A DNA stretch of 64,000 bases, from contig NC_042998.1 in the NCBI RefSeq assembly GCF_006345805.1, forward strand, positions 121,768,001 through 121,832,000, written 5' to 3'. The notes beneath the pieces were generated by a model, which made no database searches, was not told the origin of the DNA, and saw only the letters and a list, made by a program, of their open reading frames with translations. A program made the translations under genes and the position numbers. Positions 23,983 through 37,094 of this stretch are shown here, piece by piece. This stretch comes from Octopus sinensis. Taxonomy: Eukaryota. Position 1 is the first letter of the stretch. Each line of letters opens with the position of its first letter.

Positions 23983-26044
23983 CAGTTTAAAATTTTTTGC
24001 CTGTATTTATATTATTGGTAAATGAAGTGGAGAGAGGGAGAGAGTGTGTGTGTGTATATAATGGAGAATAGATGGAAGGAGGTGTGAGAGAGAGAGAGAG
24101 AGAGTAAGTGATAGGGAGATAGAGGGATGGAGAAGATGAAAGAGAGAGAATATAAGTGTGTGTGTTTTAAAACTGTATTTTTTGGATGACCCTTGTAAGA
24201 AATAGAAAGAGAGAAGGAAAAAGAGGGTTTGTTTTTCAATAGTAGGTGTGTTGCTCTGTACACCCACACATCGGCTGACAAGGGTGGAGCTGTAGTGGTG
24301 TGGCGCGCGGACCTCTATAGGGCCGAGGCTTTCCGCCAACTCAATGACACCTCCTTCTATTCCCCTCTGCCCTCTAACCCCACACGTAGCTACCAACAGA
24401 CGGTATCCTCTACTGTCCAAGACCTCATCTCATCCTCCCGTCTCCCCCGCACCGCATCCAACCTAATTGTGCGAACCCCACGTACCCCCACCATTTACTC
24501 CTCCCCAAAATCCACAAACCCAACAACCCTGGCCGCCCCCCCCATGTCTCCGCCTGTAACTGCCCCATGGAGCTCATCTCTAAATACCTCGACCGTGTCC
24601 TTGCCCCCCTAGTGGCATCTCTTCCCTCCCACATCCACGATACCAACCATGCTCTCCGGCTTTTCAACTCTTTCTCCTTTCCTCCCGGCTCCTCCAAAAT
24701 CCTTTTTACTATGGACATCCAAAGCCTCTATATGTTATCCCTCACCACGAAGGACTGCAGGCGACCTTCGACACTTTCTTGACTCTGCTCTAACCCTGTA
24801 CCTGACACCTCCACACTCATTCGTCTGGCCGAACTTGTCCTTACTCTGAACTGCTTCTCGTTCGCGGGCGAGTTCTACCATCAGGTCTCGGGAGTGGCCA
24901 TGGGAACGCGAATGGGCCCCAACTATGCGAACCTGTTCGTTGGCTATGTTGAGGCCCAAATATTCTCTAATTTCACTGGTCCCACTCCTGAACTATATGG
25001 TCGTTATATTGACGACATTATCGCCACCTCACTCTCCTGGCGAACATCTAGATTCCTTCCTCTCTTTCGTCCAATCTTTCCATCCAGCCCTCCACTTCAC
25101 TTCCACTATCTCCAACACCTCTGTCTCCTTCCTCGACATTTCAGTTAGCATTCTTCACTCCACTCTTACCACCTCCATTCACTACAAACACACAGACTCA
25201 CACTCATACCTCAAACTCTTCTCTCCTCCCACCAGAAACACACCAAGCTTTCCATCCCCTATTCCCAATTCCCGTCTACGTAGGCTGTAGTGTAGTGACG
25301 ACCATGACTTTGAGACTCAGTCTCAATGTATGGCTCACCACTTCACCCTACGTGGATACCCCCTCACCACTATCCACACCGCCCTTGCCAGAGCACGGTC
25401 CGTGGGTCCGTGGACCGTGTATCTGCTCTCTCTCCCCGAACCCGCCCTGTAGTCTCCTGCCTCCCTTTTCCCCTCACTTACCACCCCACGACCCTACGTC
25501 TCCAACGCACCATTCTTCGAGCTTTCCGTCATCTCCAGTCCGACCCGTCCACTTCACACCTCTTCACTAACCGACCCCTCCCCTCTTTCAAACGAGCCCA
25601 CAACCTTCGAGACCTTTTGGTCCATAGCTCCTTCCCTGACCCTACCTCCCAACCCGGCTCATTCCCCTGCTCCCGCCCACGTTGCCGCACTTGCCCTTAC
25701 CTCTCCAACACAACCCGCCTCACTAGCACCCACCATCGACCCTATCCCATCATCCACTCCTTCACCTGCACCTCCAGCAATATTATCTATTGCATCTCTT
25801 GCTCTCTCTGCAATTCCTTGTACATCGGACAAACGGGACGCCGCTTGGCTGACCGGTTCGCGGAACACCTTCGTGACATCCACCTTGCGAACGACACAAC
25901 CGGTCTCATGCCATTTCCGCTCCACCGGTCACTCCTTGCAACACCTATCTGTGTTCGGTTTGTCCTTACACAGAGGCCATCCGGATTCCCGTTTGCGCCG
26001 TGAACAGGAATTAATCTTCTCTCTTCGCTCTTATACGCCATTTG

Positions 26045-26720
26045 GTCTAACTCTCCCCCCCTCTCATCTAACCCCCTCCCCCCTCCTCACCTATCCTTTC
26101 TCCCCCCGACCCCTACTTCTTCAGTCCTTCATCCTTTCACCCCTACTCCCCTTCCCTTCTTCCCTCTTTCTCCCTCCCTCTTCCCCTTCCCTCTGCTCCC
26201 TCACCCCTCTCTCCCCTTCTCTCTCCCTCTCCCTCTTTCCTCCTTCATCCCCCTCCTCCCCTTCCTTCTCCCCCATCCTCTCCTCTTCCCTTCTCTCCCC
26301 CTCTTCTTCCCCTCCCCTTCTCCCCCTCTTCTCCCCCTCCCCCTATTCTCCTCACAACACCACGACTTTACACATCACATCACATATGATGTGCCATACT
26401 AATACACACACCAACTAATAATACTAATACGTACTAATACATACTAGTACATACTAATACCACCAACCCTATACATACACACGTCCAGACCCCACATACG
26501 CACTTATACTCTCTCACACACACACACACACCTATACATACCAATACGTACTAATACATACTAATACATACTAATACATACACCAACCCCATACATACGC
26601 ACGTCCAGACCAATCCTACGCACTAATACTCTCTCATACACACCACAACACACACCCTTATACATACTAATACATACACCAACCCTATACATACACACAT
26701 CCAGACCCCTCCCACGCACT
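26045..26720. repeat. C/T-rich low-complexity tract, then ~3 imperfect copies of a ~120-140-bp minisatellite
   Basis: CTAATACATA..CACCAACCC.ATACATAC.CAC.TCCAGACC recurs at ~26450, ~26570 and ~26670. Confidence 0.75.
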
Positions 26721-26891
26721 TTTAGCTGGTCCCTCAACCCGTTTATCAACCCTATTATCTCCCCTTATTTCGCTCTCGCGTCTCATGTTTGATCTTTGAC
26801 CTCAGGCCGAAATCAGATCGCCATGTTGATTCGTTAGCTACTGCACGCATTTTTTTCTCTCCTTCTTTCTGTGTTTTTCTCTCTCTGTGTA

Positions 26892-26929
26892 TCTTTCTGT
26901 TGAAGAGCGTAGGCTCGAAACATTAAAGA
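26892..26929 (+). ncRNA. Hammerhead-like motif with variant core in the family 2 PLE tail
   Basis: TCTTT-CTGTTGAA-GAGC-GTAG-GCTC-GAAA-CAT-T-AAAGA: stem I TCTTT/AAAGA and stem II GAGC/GCTC. Core position A6 is U and stem III is broken (CAT instead of CGT). Confidence 0.5.
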
Positions 26930-27027
26930 CTTGTTTTATTTATATTTCCTGAGCGCCATACTAATACAATTGTTCGTTTGTTTTCCACCTGCCTTCGTCT
27001 TTTGTTTATTTTCATAAAGCTTCCCGT

Positions 27028-27068
<41 letters not shown>

Positions 27069-30023
27069 CCACATACACTCACATATATATAGACATATGG
27101 AGGAACCTATTGTGTATGCATTTTTATAAACATTCATACATACATGTACTGTGTGATCTTGAAAATGAGAAACAAAGAAAAGAAAAAAAATAAAATATAA
27201 AAATATAAAGAAAATGTGTCCATTCTTCACTTGGCACTCCCTAGGGTTTCTAAAAGAACAGGTGGTTGACAATTCAATGTTTGATATACATATATATACA
27301 CCTAAACACACATCAATATATGTACATACACACACACATACATATGCAAATATACATGCATATACATACATGTACACAAACATACAAACACACACACACG
27401 TATATGAACATATATATGTACACACACATATATAGACACATACATATGCATATCCACATATAGAGCCACACATATGCATATACATATATAGATATATGAC
27501 CACATATATATCGACATATATATATGTGTGTGTATAATATATATAAAATATATCAAACTTGTCTGTACACATACATACACGTCCATATGCATATAAGCAT
27601 TTATAATCACATACATAGTTAGAAGTTTAAGATGCATAATTGCATATATAAGAAAAGGAAAGGGAGAATTCTTTCATTTCTATATAAAGATATACAAAGA
27701 GGTTTTTTCTTTTTTTGTGTGTATCACATCATCATTGACTTTTTTACTACTTTTACTTTTTTTAGCCATTCAATTTTGGGCTAAGTTTTTCTATGAAGTG
27801 CTGTTCCATAGCTTTACGGTATTGCGGGTCATTCCGTGAGCATTTGTAGAATGGAATAATTTTAAATTTTCCATTTCCGCATACTTCTAGGTGTTTGCTT
27901 AATGGTATCTTGCGTAACACTTCCTGTATTATATGCTGCCTATGTATTCTTGCACGTTGGCAGAGAGAGTTGTTCATGTCACCAATATAGTTTTCCTTGC
28001 AGTTTGGGCAAGTAATGCAATATATGATGTTTTGCGTTTTGCAAGTCATATTAGCATTGATCTTAAAGAGAGGGACATTTTTTGAATTTTTAGTGCAAAC
28101 CACATTGTAGGTATTTGTAATTAATCTCGTTGTTGCATCTTCCGCATCTTTTGTCTCCACATTCTGTTACTGAGAATTCTGGTCCCTTCTCCGATCTGAA
28201 TTCTGCCCTTGTAAGGTGCTTTTTAAGGTTTTTTGGTTGGCGTTTGCTGTTGAGTAGGATTTGTTTGTTCATCAAGTTCCTCATTTTTGGACTTTGTTGA
28301 AGGATGGGCAAGTTTGATTTTATAGCCTGGAAAATATTTGTTATGCCAGGACTGTGTGTGTAGACGAATGGTATTGTCTGTTTATTGGTTTTTTCTTTTG
28401 GTGTTCTTAATTCGGTGATGTTGAGTTTCAATGCCTTTTTTAAAGCTTCCTTTATCAAACCTGAAGGGTATTTTTGTATTTCAGGAAGTCCTGGAGTTCA
28501 TCGAGTCTAGTTTTTCGTGTTGCAGTGTCTGTAACTATAGTGCATATGCGTCTTGCCATGCAGTAGGGTATATTTCTTTTAATGTGTGATGGGTAGCAAG
28601 AGTCAAAGTTGAGATAGTGATGTGTGTCTGTTTTTTGTAATAAATGTCTGTAGTTACTCTGCAATTTTTTTATTTTTATGAGAATGTCCAGGAATGGTAA
28701 TTCATTAAAGTTGGATTCTGTGGTATTGCTGGGTGCAATTTGTTAAATATCTCTTTAAAGGTGTTTAGATCCGTGTCTGATTTTTCCCAAAAGATGAAGC
28801 AATCATCAAGAAATCGTTTCCATTGTTTCATGATGTATATCTTGAATTCCTGGTCAAAGGTTTTTTCTACTTCTTTGTAGAGTTTTTCTTCCAGGAACCC
28901 CATGACCAGGTTAGTATATGAAGGTGCAAAGCACGTACCCATAGCTGTGCCCTTTATTTGTTTCTATGTTTTGTGGTTAAATTTAAATGTGTTTTCCTCA
29001 GAAATATGCGTGTGGCTTTGATGATGAGATCCGTCTTAAAACGTTCATCTATTTTATCTCTATGTCTTGTCACCCAGTATTCCACTGCTTCCTGACCTAG
29101 TGTGGGGAATGTTGGTGTATAGGTTGGTGACATCGAAACTTGTGAGTATGGTACATTCTGGGACTATGTCTGGGATATGTTGTAGGAAATCGATGCCATC
29201 TCTTACATAGCTTGGTAGGAGGGGGCATAGAGGTTTAAGTATGATGTCCAAAGAGTGGCTAATTTGTTGGGTCGGTGCTTGTGGGCCTGCCACTATTGGC
29301 CTTAGTTTCAGGTCTGTAGGTCTTGGTATTCGTATATATTTGCTTTTTTGTTCGTTAATGGCATTTTGTATTGCCGAGCTTTTGTGGATTTTCGGCAAGC
29401 CATAGAAGTAGCATGTATATTCTCCTTTTTCTGTGAAAGAGTCTCGGCATTCTTCGATCAGTTTTCTGATTTTTGATTTTGTTCTCTTTTCTGGGTGCCC
29501 TGCTTCTTCCTTGTAGCATGTTTCGTCTGTCAGCATTTCCAGTATTTTGTCTTAATAGTAATCCTTATCCATGATTACTATTGCTCCACCCTTATCTGCT
29601 TCTTTTAAGATTATCGAGTTGTCATTTTTTAGTGTTTGTAGTGCTTGTTTTTCTTCTGTAGAAAGGTCTTGTTTGTATTTTTGTGACTTCAGAGGAAATT
29701 TGGAGATTGTTTCAATATATGTATCCAGATATTTGTCACTTCCCTTGTAGGGGGTGAAGTGGGATTTCTTTTTGACTATTGATTCATCCTCAAAATCCTT
29801 ATTTCCTAAGAATTCTAGAAGTCGCAGGCGACGGCTAAAGTGTTCCACATCTGATTTCAGTTCGATCAAATTAGGTGTTGGTGTAGGGGTAAATTTAAAA
29901 CCACTTAGTAATAGCGTCATTTCATTCTTATTTATATTTCTATTTGATAAATTTTTTATTTTGGGGTCTGTGTGTTTGTTTAGAGTCTGTATTTTATTGG
30001 GTCCGGTGACTAGTTTCGGAAGT

Positions 30024-33000
30024 ACACGACCTCAGAATGGATGGATTAGAATGAAACCCATGACTAGAAAATTCCAGCAATACAGGAAACCTCATCGAAA
30101 GAAGCGAAACAGAATACTCACAACAGACAGATCTCACACAAATTTGTAGAATATGCAACATTGGAATAAATAACACGGAATCTACAGAAGATCTCCATAC
30201 AGAAATCTACAACTCCAGAATGAACGAAGCACAAATGAATTCACAACCGAAAGATACGAAAAACGCAGAAAAAACTTCTAACAGAAATATCCCCAAAACT
30301 AAACTTGATCATCCTAAAACTGGACGCAATACTCCACAACACAAAAAATTCTGAAAATGATCTCCAGAAGAATAACACTGAGAATGCTCAATCAACTGAG
30401 TCAAATAAAAAGAAACCAACTAAAAGTGAAACCCAAGAACAAAACCCCCTGAAACCGAACCTCTGGAAAAAAACTTCGAAACCAACGAAAACATGCTTAC
30501 TGGAAAAGCTCCTGCTGTGAAAACATAGCAAATATTTACCAAAATTGGCGAAGCAAAGCCGAACCAATCCTACCCAGGAAATTCCTGATCAAAGAAATAC
30601 AGGGCGAACCTTTAGAAGAAAAACGGATACGTGCAAACTTAGCCTTATACCACCTAGAAACAGAAATTTCCCTCCTCGAATCTCGAAAAACACGATACGA
30701 GGGCCACGAGAAATTGAGAAACCTATGGAAGAGAGATACAGACATAAAAGAAGCAAGATCCAGAAAAATATGGGAGAAGCATCAAGAATAGTTTACAACC
30801 TGTGAAAAGAATTATGGAGACAAATCAACCATGAAAACAAAAACGCGACTACACCACCAAAAACAACAAAATACAAGAAAATGGTATACAAACTCAAACT
30901 ACGAACACAACAGAACCAGAAAAAGCTACCAAAATGTATATCTCTCAACTCCATATACTGGAAAAGCAGAAACACCTCACCTTTCCAATCACTCATGACC
31001 ACAATTACACTGACTGGAGAAAACAAAAAGGACACAAAAGAAAACTGACATACAAACAATCAGCTACCTACAACACCAAAAACACTGGATGGACGGACCC
31101 ACAGAAGAAATGAAGAAATATTCAACTACAGAAACCACAACAGTCCACATAGAAAACCAAGAAATTCTATGCACCCCAAAAGACCCATAACCTATGACAG
31201 ATGGGAGGATTACAGAAACGAATACCAAAGACTCCCTTACAGTCGATTTGAACCAACACCTCCCCCACCATATGGAAAACGAATTACCGAACCTGGAAGA
31301 CGAAGAGAAAACAACACACCTTCTTTTTTAGGGAAAAACTTCCGAAACCACCCACCGGACCCAATAAAATACAGACTCTAAACAAACACACAGACCCCAA
31401 AATAAAAAATTTATCAAATAGAAATATAAATAAGAATGAAATGACACTATTACTAAGGGGTTTTAGATTTACCCCTACACCAACACCTAATTTGATCGAA
31501 CTGAAATCAGATATGGAACACTTTAGCCGTCGCATACGACTTCTAGAACTCTTAGGAAATAAGGATTTTGAGGATGAATCAATAGTCAAAAAGAAATCCC
31601 ACTTCACCCCCTACAAGGGAAGTGACAAATATCTGGATACATATATTGAAACAATCTCCAAATTTCCTCTGAAGTCACAAAAATACAAACAAAACCTTTC
31701 TACAGAAGAAAAAGAAGCACTACAAACACTAAAAAATGACAACTCGATAATCTTAAAAGAAGCAGATAAGGGTGGAGCAATAGTAATCATGGATAAGGAT
31801 TACTATAAAGACAAAATACTGGAAATGCTGACAGACGAAATATGCTACAAGGAAGAAGCAGGGCACCCAGAAAAGAGAACAAAATCAAAAATCAGAAAAC
31901 TGATCGAAGAATGCCGAGACTCTTTCACAGAAAAAGAGAAAGAATATACATGCTACTTCTATGGCTTGCCGAAAATCCACAAAAGCTCGGCAATACAAAA
32001 TGCCATTAACGAACAAAAAAGCAAATATATACGAATACCAAGACCTACAGACCTGAAACTAAGGCCATTAGTGGCAGGACCCCAAGCACCGACCCAACAA
32101 ATTAGCCACTTTTTGGACATCATACTTAAACCTCTATGCCCCCTCCTACCAAGCTATGTAAGAGATGGCATCGATTTCCTACAACATATCCCAGACATAG
32201 TCCCAGAATGTACCATACTCACAAGTCTCGATGTCACCAACCTATACACCAACATTCCCCACACTCTAGGTCTGGAAGCAGTGGAATACTGGGTGACAAG
32301 ACATAGAGATAAAATAGATGAACGTTTTAAGACGGATCTCATCACCAAAGCCACACGCATAGTTCTGAGGAAAACACATTTAAATTTAACCACAAAACAT
32401 AGAAACAAATAAAGGGCACAGCTATGGGTATGTGCTTTGCACCTTCATATGCTAACCTGGGGTTCCTGGAAGAAAAACTCTACAAAGATGTAGAAAACAT
32501 CTAAACACCTTTAAAGAGATATTTAACAAATTGCACCCAGCAATACCACAGAATCCAACTTTAATGAATTACCATTCCTGGACATTCTCATAAAAATAAA
32601 AAAATTGCAGAGTAACTACAGACATTTATTACAAAAAAACAGACACACATCACTATCTCAACTTTGACTCTTGCTACCCATCACACATTAAAAGAAATAT
32701 ACCCTACTGCATGGCAAGACGCATATGCACTATAGTTACAGACACTGCAACACGAAAAACTAGACTCGACGAACTCCAAGACTTCCTGAAATACAAAATT
32801 ACCCTTCAGGTTTGTTAAAGGAAGCTTTTAAAAAGGTATTGAAACTCAACATCACCGAATTAAGAACACCAAAAGAGAAAACCAATAAACAGACAATACC
32901 ATTCGTCTACACAGTCCTGGCATAACAAATATTTTCCAGGCTATAAAATCAAACTTGCTCATCCTTCAACAAAGTCCAAAAATGAGGAGCCTGATGAACA

Positions 33001-34617
33001 AAAAAATCCTACTCAACAGCAAACGCCAACCGAAAAACCTTAAAAAGCACCTTACAAGGGCAGAATTCAGATCGGAGAAGGGACCAGAATTCTCAGTGAC
33101 AGAATGTGGAGACAAAAGTTGCGGAACATGCAACAACGAGATTAATTACAAATACCTACAATGTGGTTTGCACTTAAAATTCAAATGTGGCCCTCTCTTT
33201 AAGATCAATGCTAATATGACTTGCAAAGCGCAAAACCTCATATATTGCATTACTTGCCCAAACTGCAAGGAAAACTATATTGGCTAAACAAACAACTTTC
33301 TCTGCCAACGCGCCAGAATACATAGGCAGCATATAAAAGAGGAAGAGTTACGCAAGATACCATTAAACAAACACCTAGAAGTATGCGGAAATGGAAAATT
33401 TAAAATTATTCCATTCTACAAATGCTCACGGAATGACCCGCAATACCGTAAAGCTATGGAACTGCACTTCATAGAAAAATTTGGCCCATAATTGAACGGT
33501 TAAAAAAAGTAAAAGTAGTAAAAAAGTCAATGATGATGTGATACACACAAAAAAAAGAAAAAAACCTCTTTCTATATCTTAATATAGAAATGAAAGAATT
33601 CTCCCTTTCCTTTTCTTATATATGCAATTATTCATCTTAAACTTCTAACTATGTATGTGATTATAAATGCTTATATGCATATGGACGTGTATATATATGT
33701 ACATACATGTTTGATATATTTTATATATATATGTGGTCGTATATATATGTATATATGCAAGTATATGTATGTATATGCATATATGTGTGGCTCTATATGT
33801 TGATGTGTATGTGTGTATATATGTGTGCGTACATATATATTTTCATATATGTGTGTGTGTGTATGTATGTACATGTATGTATCTATATGCATGTATTTTT
33901 GTATATGTATGTGTGTGCGTTTACATATGTGTGTGTGCATGTACACATATTGATAAGTGTTTAGTTGTATATATATATGTATATCTAACATTGAATGGTC
34001 AACCACCTGTTCTTTTAGAAACCCGCCAAATGAAGAATGGACACAACATTTTCTTTATATTTTTATTTTTACATTTTATTTTTTCACTTTCTCATTTTGA
34101 AGATCACACAGTACATGTATGTATGAATGTTTATGAAAATGTACACAGACAATAGATTCCTCCATATGTGTATATATATATATATATATATGTTCATATG
34201 TAGGGATGTATGTGTGGGTGTACATAGCAACACACCTACTATTGAAAAACAAACCCTCTCAAACCCTATTTTTCCTTCTCTCTTTCCGTTTCTTACAAGG
34301 GTTATCCAAAAAATACAAAAAGACCCCAAAAAAGAAAAAAAATACAGTTTTAAAACACACACACCCATATTCTCTGTCTTTCACCTTCTCCATCCCTCTC
34401 CCCCTCTCTCTCTCTTTCACCTTCTCCCTCCATCTATTCTCCATTATACACACACACACACTCTCTCCCCTCTTCATTTACCAAAAATTTTTAAACTGAC
34501 ATTTCTGATGAAACTACAGGAGTAGTTGAAAGCGCTAATATGAAGCAATAATATATGATATGTAAATAAATATATATTTTTACAACCATCCAGCATTCTG
34601 AACATCTTTTTCCTTTG
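30024..34617 (+). mobile_element. PLE family 1, forward copy (block 2 right, B2R)
   Basis: 323-aa ORF 31441-32412 (ADKGG, FYGLPKIHK) and GIY-YIG at ~33215-33500. A ~100-bp deletion near 32498 removes the RFLDD catalytic motif. Confidence 0.92.
34499..34543 (+). ncRNA. Minimal type I hammerhead ribozyme
   Basis: ACATTT-CTGATGA-AACTAC-AGGA-GTAGTT-GAAA-GCGC-TA-ATATG. Confidence 0.8.
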
Positions 34618-34661
34618 ATATATATATATATTAAATCTGTACATCACCCCCAATACTTCTA

Positions 34662-34718
<57 letters not shown>

Positions 34719-34810
34719 TTCTTTATTCTTTTTATATAATATTATAATTATTAGGGAATATTACTTCCAAGTACACAAGAAAGACATTCAAATTAGATGT
34801 ACTAAAATGA

Positions 34811-36926
34811 ACATCTCTCAATGTTTAATTAGTATATATGAAAGTAGTTTTAGAGACAGAATCACCTTCAACTCAATCAACACTGAAAGATTTTATACCC
34901 TACCAATCTTCAGGACCGGATTCCTCAACTCTATATCTTCAATATAATCTTACTTAACATATACAAATAAATTGAAATACAAATAATAAATAAAAAGATA
35001 CAAATAATAAATAAAAATAACTGAAAATTAAAAATTTAAGGAATAAACATTTAAGGAAAAAAATTTAAAGAGAAAAAATACGAGTAAAATTTGCAAATGA
35101 AAGTTACGAATAAAGAATTGCGAATAAATAAATACGAATGTTAACTTATCTTTCCTTTCCTCGACGAAAATTAGACATAGCTACATCTTGAAAAGAAGGT
35201 AAAATCCGCATTTGATAATACATATGTATAGAAGGTACTACAAATAAATGTCAAAAGGTTCTACTGGTGTATCTATTCCTTTATATAGTACTGTCAAGGG
35301 AACCGGAAACAAATGCATCACGGGAACAAGCCACTTTTATCGTTGTTTATTTTATTCAATCTATGTATTATTGCAAACAACCAATCTAGTAAGTTACTTC
35401 TTTAACATCTCTCAATGTTTAATTCGTATATATAAAAGTAGTTTTAGAGACAGAATCACCTTCAACTCAATCAACACTGAAAGATTTTATACCCTACCAA
35501 TCAATAAAATGTTAAATATTAAATCTTATACTAACTATATCTATTCTGAATCCTGTATCTACCGTTTATAAGACTACATGTGTTTCATGAAAGTACGTCG
35601 GTATTGATTAGATACGAGGTATCTATTTTCAATACTTAATCGGGTCGACATACTCCCAATCTTCAGGTCCGGATTCCTCAACATCTTTTACTATCTCTAC
35701 ATCTTATATACCTCTATGATACTCTATATCTTCAATATAATCTTACTTAGCAAATACAAATAAATAGAAATACAAATAATAAATAAAAATAACTGAAAAT
35801 TAAAAATTTAAGGAATAAACATTAAAGGAAAAAAATTTAAAGAGAAAAAATACGAGTAAAATTGCGAATGAAAGTTACGAATAATGAATAAAGAATTGCG
35901 AATAAATAAATACAAAATAAAAATAGAGATAAAAATAATACGAATGTTAACTTATCTTCTCTTGCCTCAACGAAAATTAGACATAGCCACATCTTGAAAA
36001 GAAGGTAAAATCCGCATTTGATAATACATATGTATAGAAGGTACCACAAAGAAACGTCAAAAAGTTCTACTAGTGTAACTATTCCTTTATATAATACTGT
36101 CAGGGGAACCGGAAACAAATGCATCACGGGAACAAGCCACTTTTATCGTTGTTAATTTTATTCAATCTATGAATTATCGCAAACAACCAATCTAGTAAGT
36201 TACTTCTTTAACATCTCTCAATGTTTAATTCGTATATATAAAAGTAGTTTTAGAGACAGAATCACCTTCAACTCAATCAACACTGAAAGATTTTATACCC
36301 TACCAATCAATAAAATGTTAAATATTAAATCCTATACTAACTATATCTATTCTGAATCCTGTATTTACCGTTTATAAGACTACATGTGTTTCATGAAAGT
36401 ACGTCGGTATTGATTAGATACGAGGTATCTATTTTCAATACTTAATCGGGTCGACATACTCCCAATCTTCAGGTCCGGATTCCTCAACATCTTTTACTGT
36501 CTCTACATCTTATATACCTCTATGATACTCTATATCTTCAATATAATCTTACTTAGCATATACAAATAAATAGAAATACAAATAATAAATAAAAATAACT
36601 GAAAATTAAAAATTTAAGGAATAAACATTTAAGGAAAAAATAGAGATAAAAATAATACGAATGTTAACTTATCTTTCCTTTCCTCGACGAAAATTAGACA
36701 TAGCCACATCTTGAAAAGAAGGTAAAATCCGCATTTGATAATACATATGTATAGAAGGTACTACAAATAACTGTCAAAAGGTTCTACTGGTGTATCTATT
36801 CCTTTATATAGTACTGTCAGGGGAACCGGAAACAAATGCATCACGGGAACAAGCCACTTTTATCGTTGTTTATTTTATTCAATCTATGAATTATCGCAAA
36901 CAACCAATCTAGTAAGTTACTTCTTT
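34811..36926. repeat. Tandem array of ~806-bp unit (3 copies; first and third internally deleted)
   Basis: ACATCTCTCAATGTTTAATT recurs at 34811, ~35404 and ~36210 (period 806 between copies 2 and 3). Confidence 0.9.
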
Positions 36927-36959
36927 AGACTCTCAATTCGAATATTTTGGGATACATAA

Positions 36960-37094
36960 GAGTTACGTTGAAAAGAAAAGAAAACTTAACATTCGTTTTA
37001 TTTTCCTTTATATTTTTATATCATTTTTATTTCATTTTTATTTCGTATTTGTTTATTCGCAATTCTTTATTCGTAACTTTCATTCGTAATTTTT
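36960..37094 (-). repeat. Inverted partial copy of the 806-bp unit
   Basis: TTTATTCGCAATTCTTTATTCGTAACTTTCATTCG is the reverse complement of CGAATGAAAGTTACGAATAAAGAATTGCGAATAAA. Confidence 0.8.

Larger units (their letters stand above)
24271..27028 (+). mobile_element. Penelope-like element family 2 (C-rich), 5'-truncated and degenerate
   Basis: ADKGGAVVVW, GVAMGTRMGPNYANLFVGYVE, YGRYIDD, SFLDI, HYKHTDSHSYL, linker CSRPRCRTC, GIY-YIG NIIYCISCSLCNSLYIGQTGRRLADRFAEH. Absent from the block 1 equivalent. Confidence 0.92.
23870..30023 (-). mobile_element. PLE family 1, inverted arm (block 2 left, B2L), interrupted by family 2 PLE
   Basis: 23870-24270 matches 6196-6627 and 27060-30023 matches ~6670-9568. 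RT and GIY-YIG fragments in ORFs 27762-29920. Confidence 0.92.

Noticed and set aside
26790-26820. GATCT-TTGACCTCAGGCCGAAATC-AGATC as a second hammerhead
   Set aside because: Lacks the CUGANGA core; only a 5-bp stem plus GAAA.
7273-33500. Selenocysteine-encoding (Naiad-type) PLE
   Set aside because: The conserved linker and GIY-YIG cysteines are TGT/TGC wherever I read them. The stops seen are copy-specific decay.
35590-35675. Possible minus-strand hammerhead in the 806-bp unit (CUGAAGA...GAAA plus TAGATAC/GTATCTA hairpin)
   Set aside because: Stem II does not close next to GAAA and no stem I pairing can be formed.
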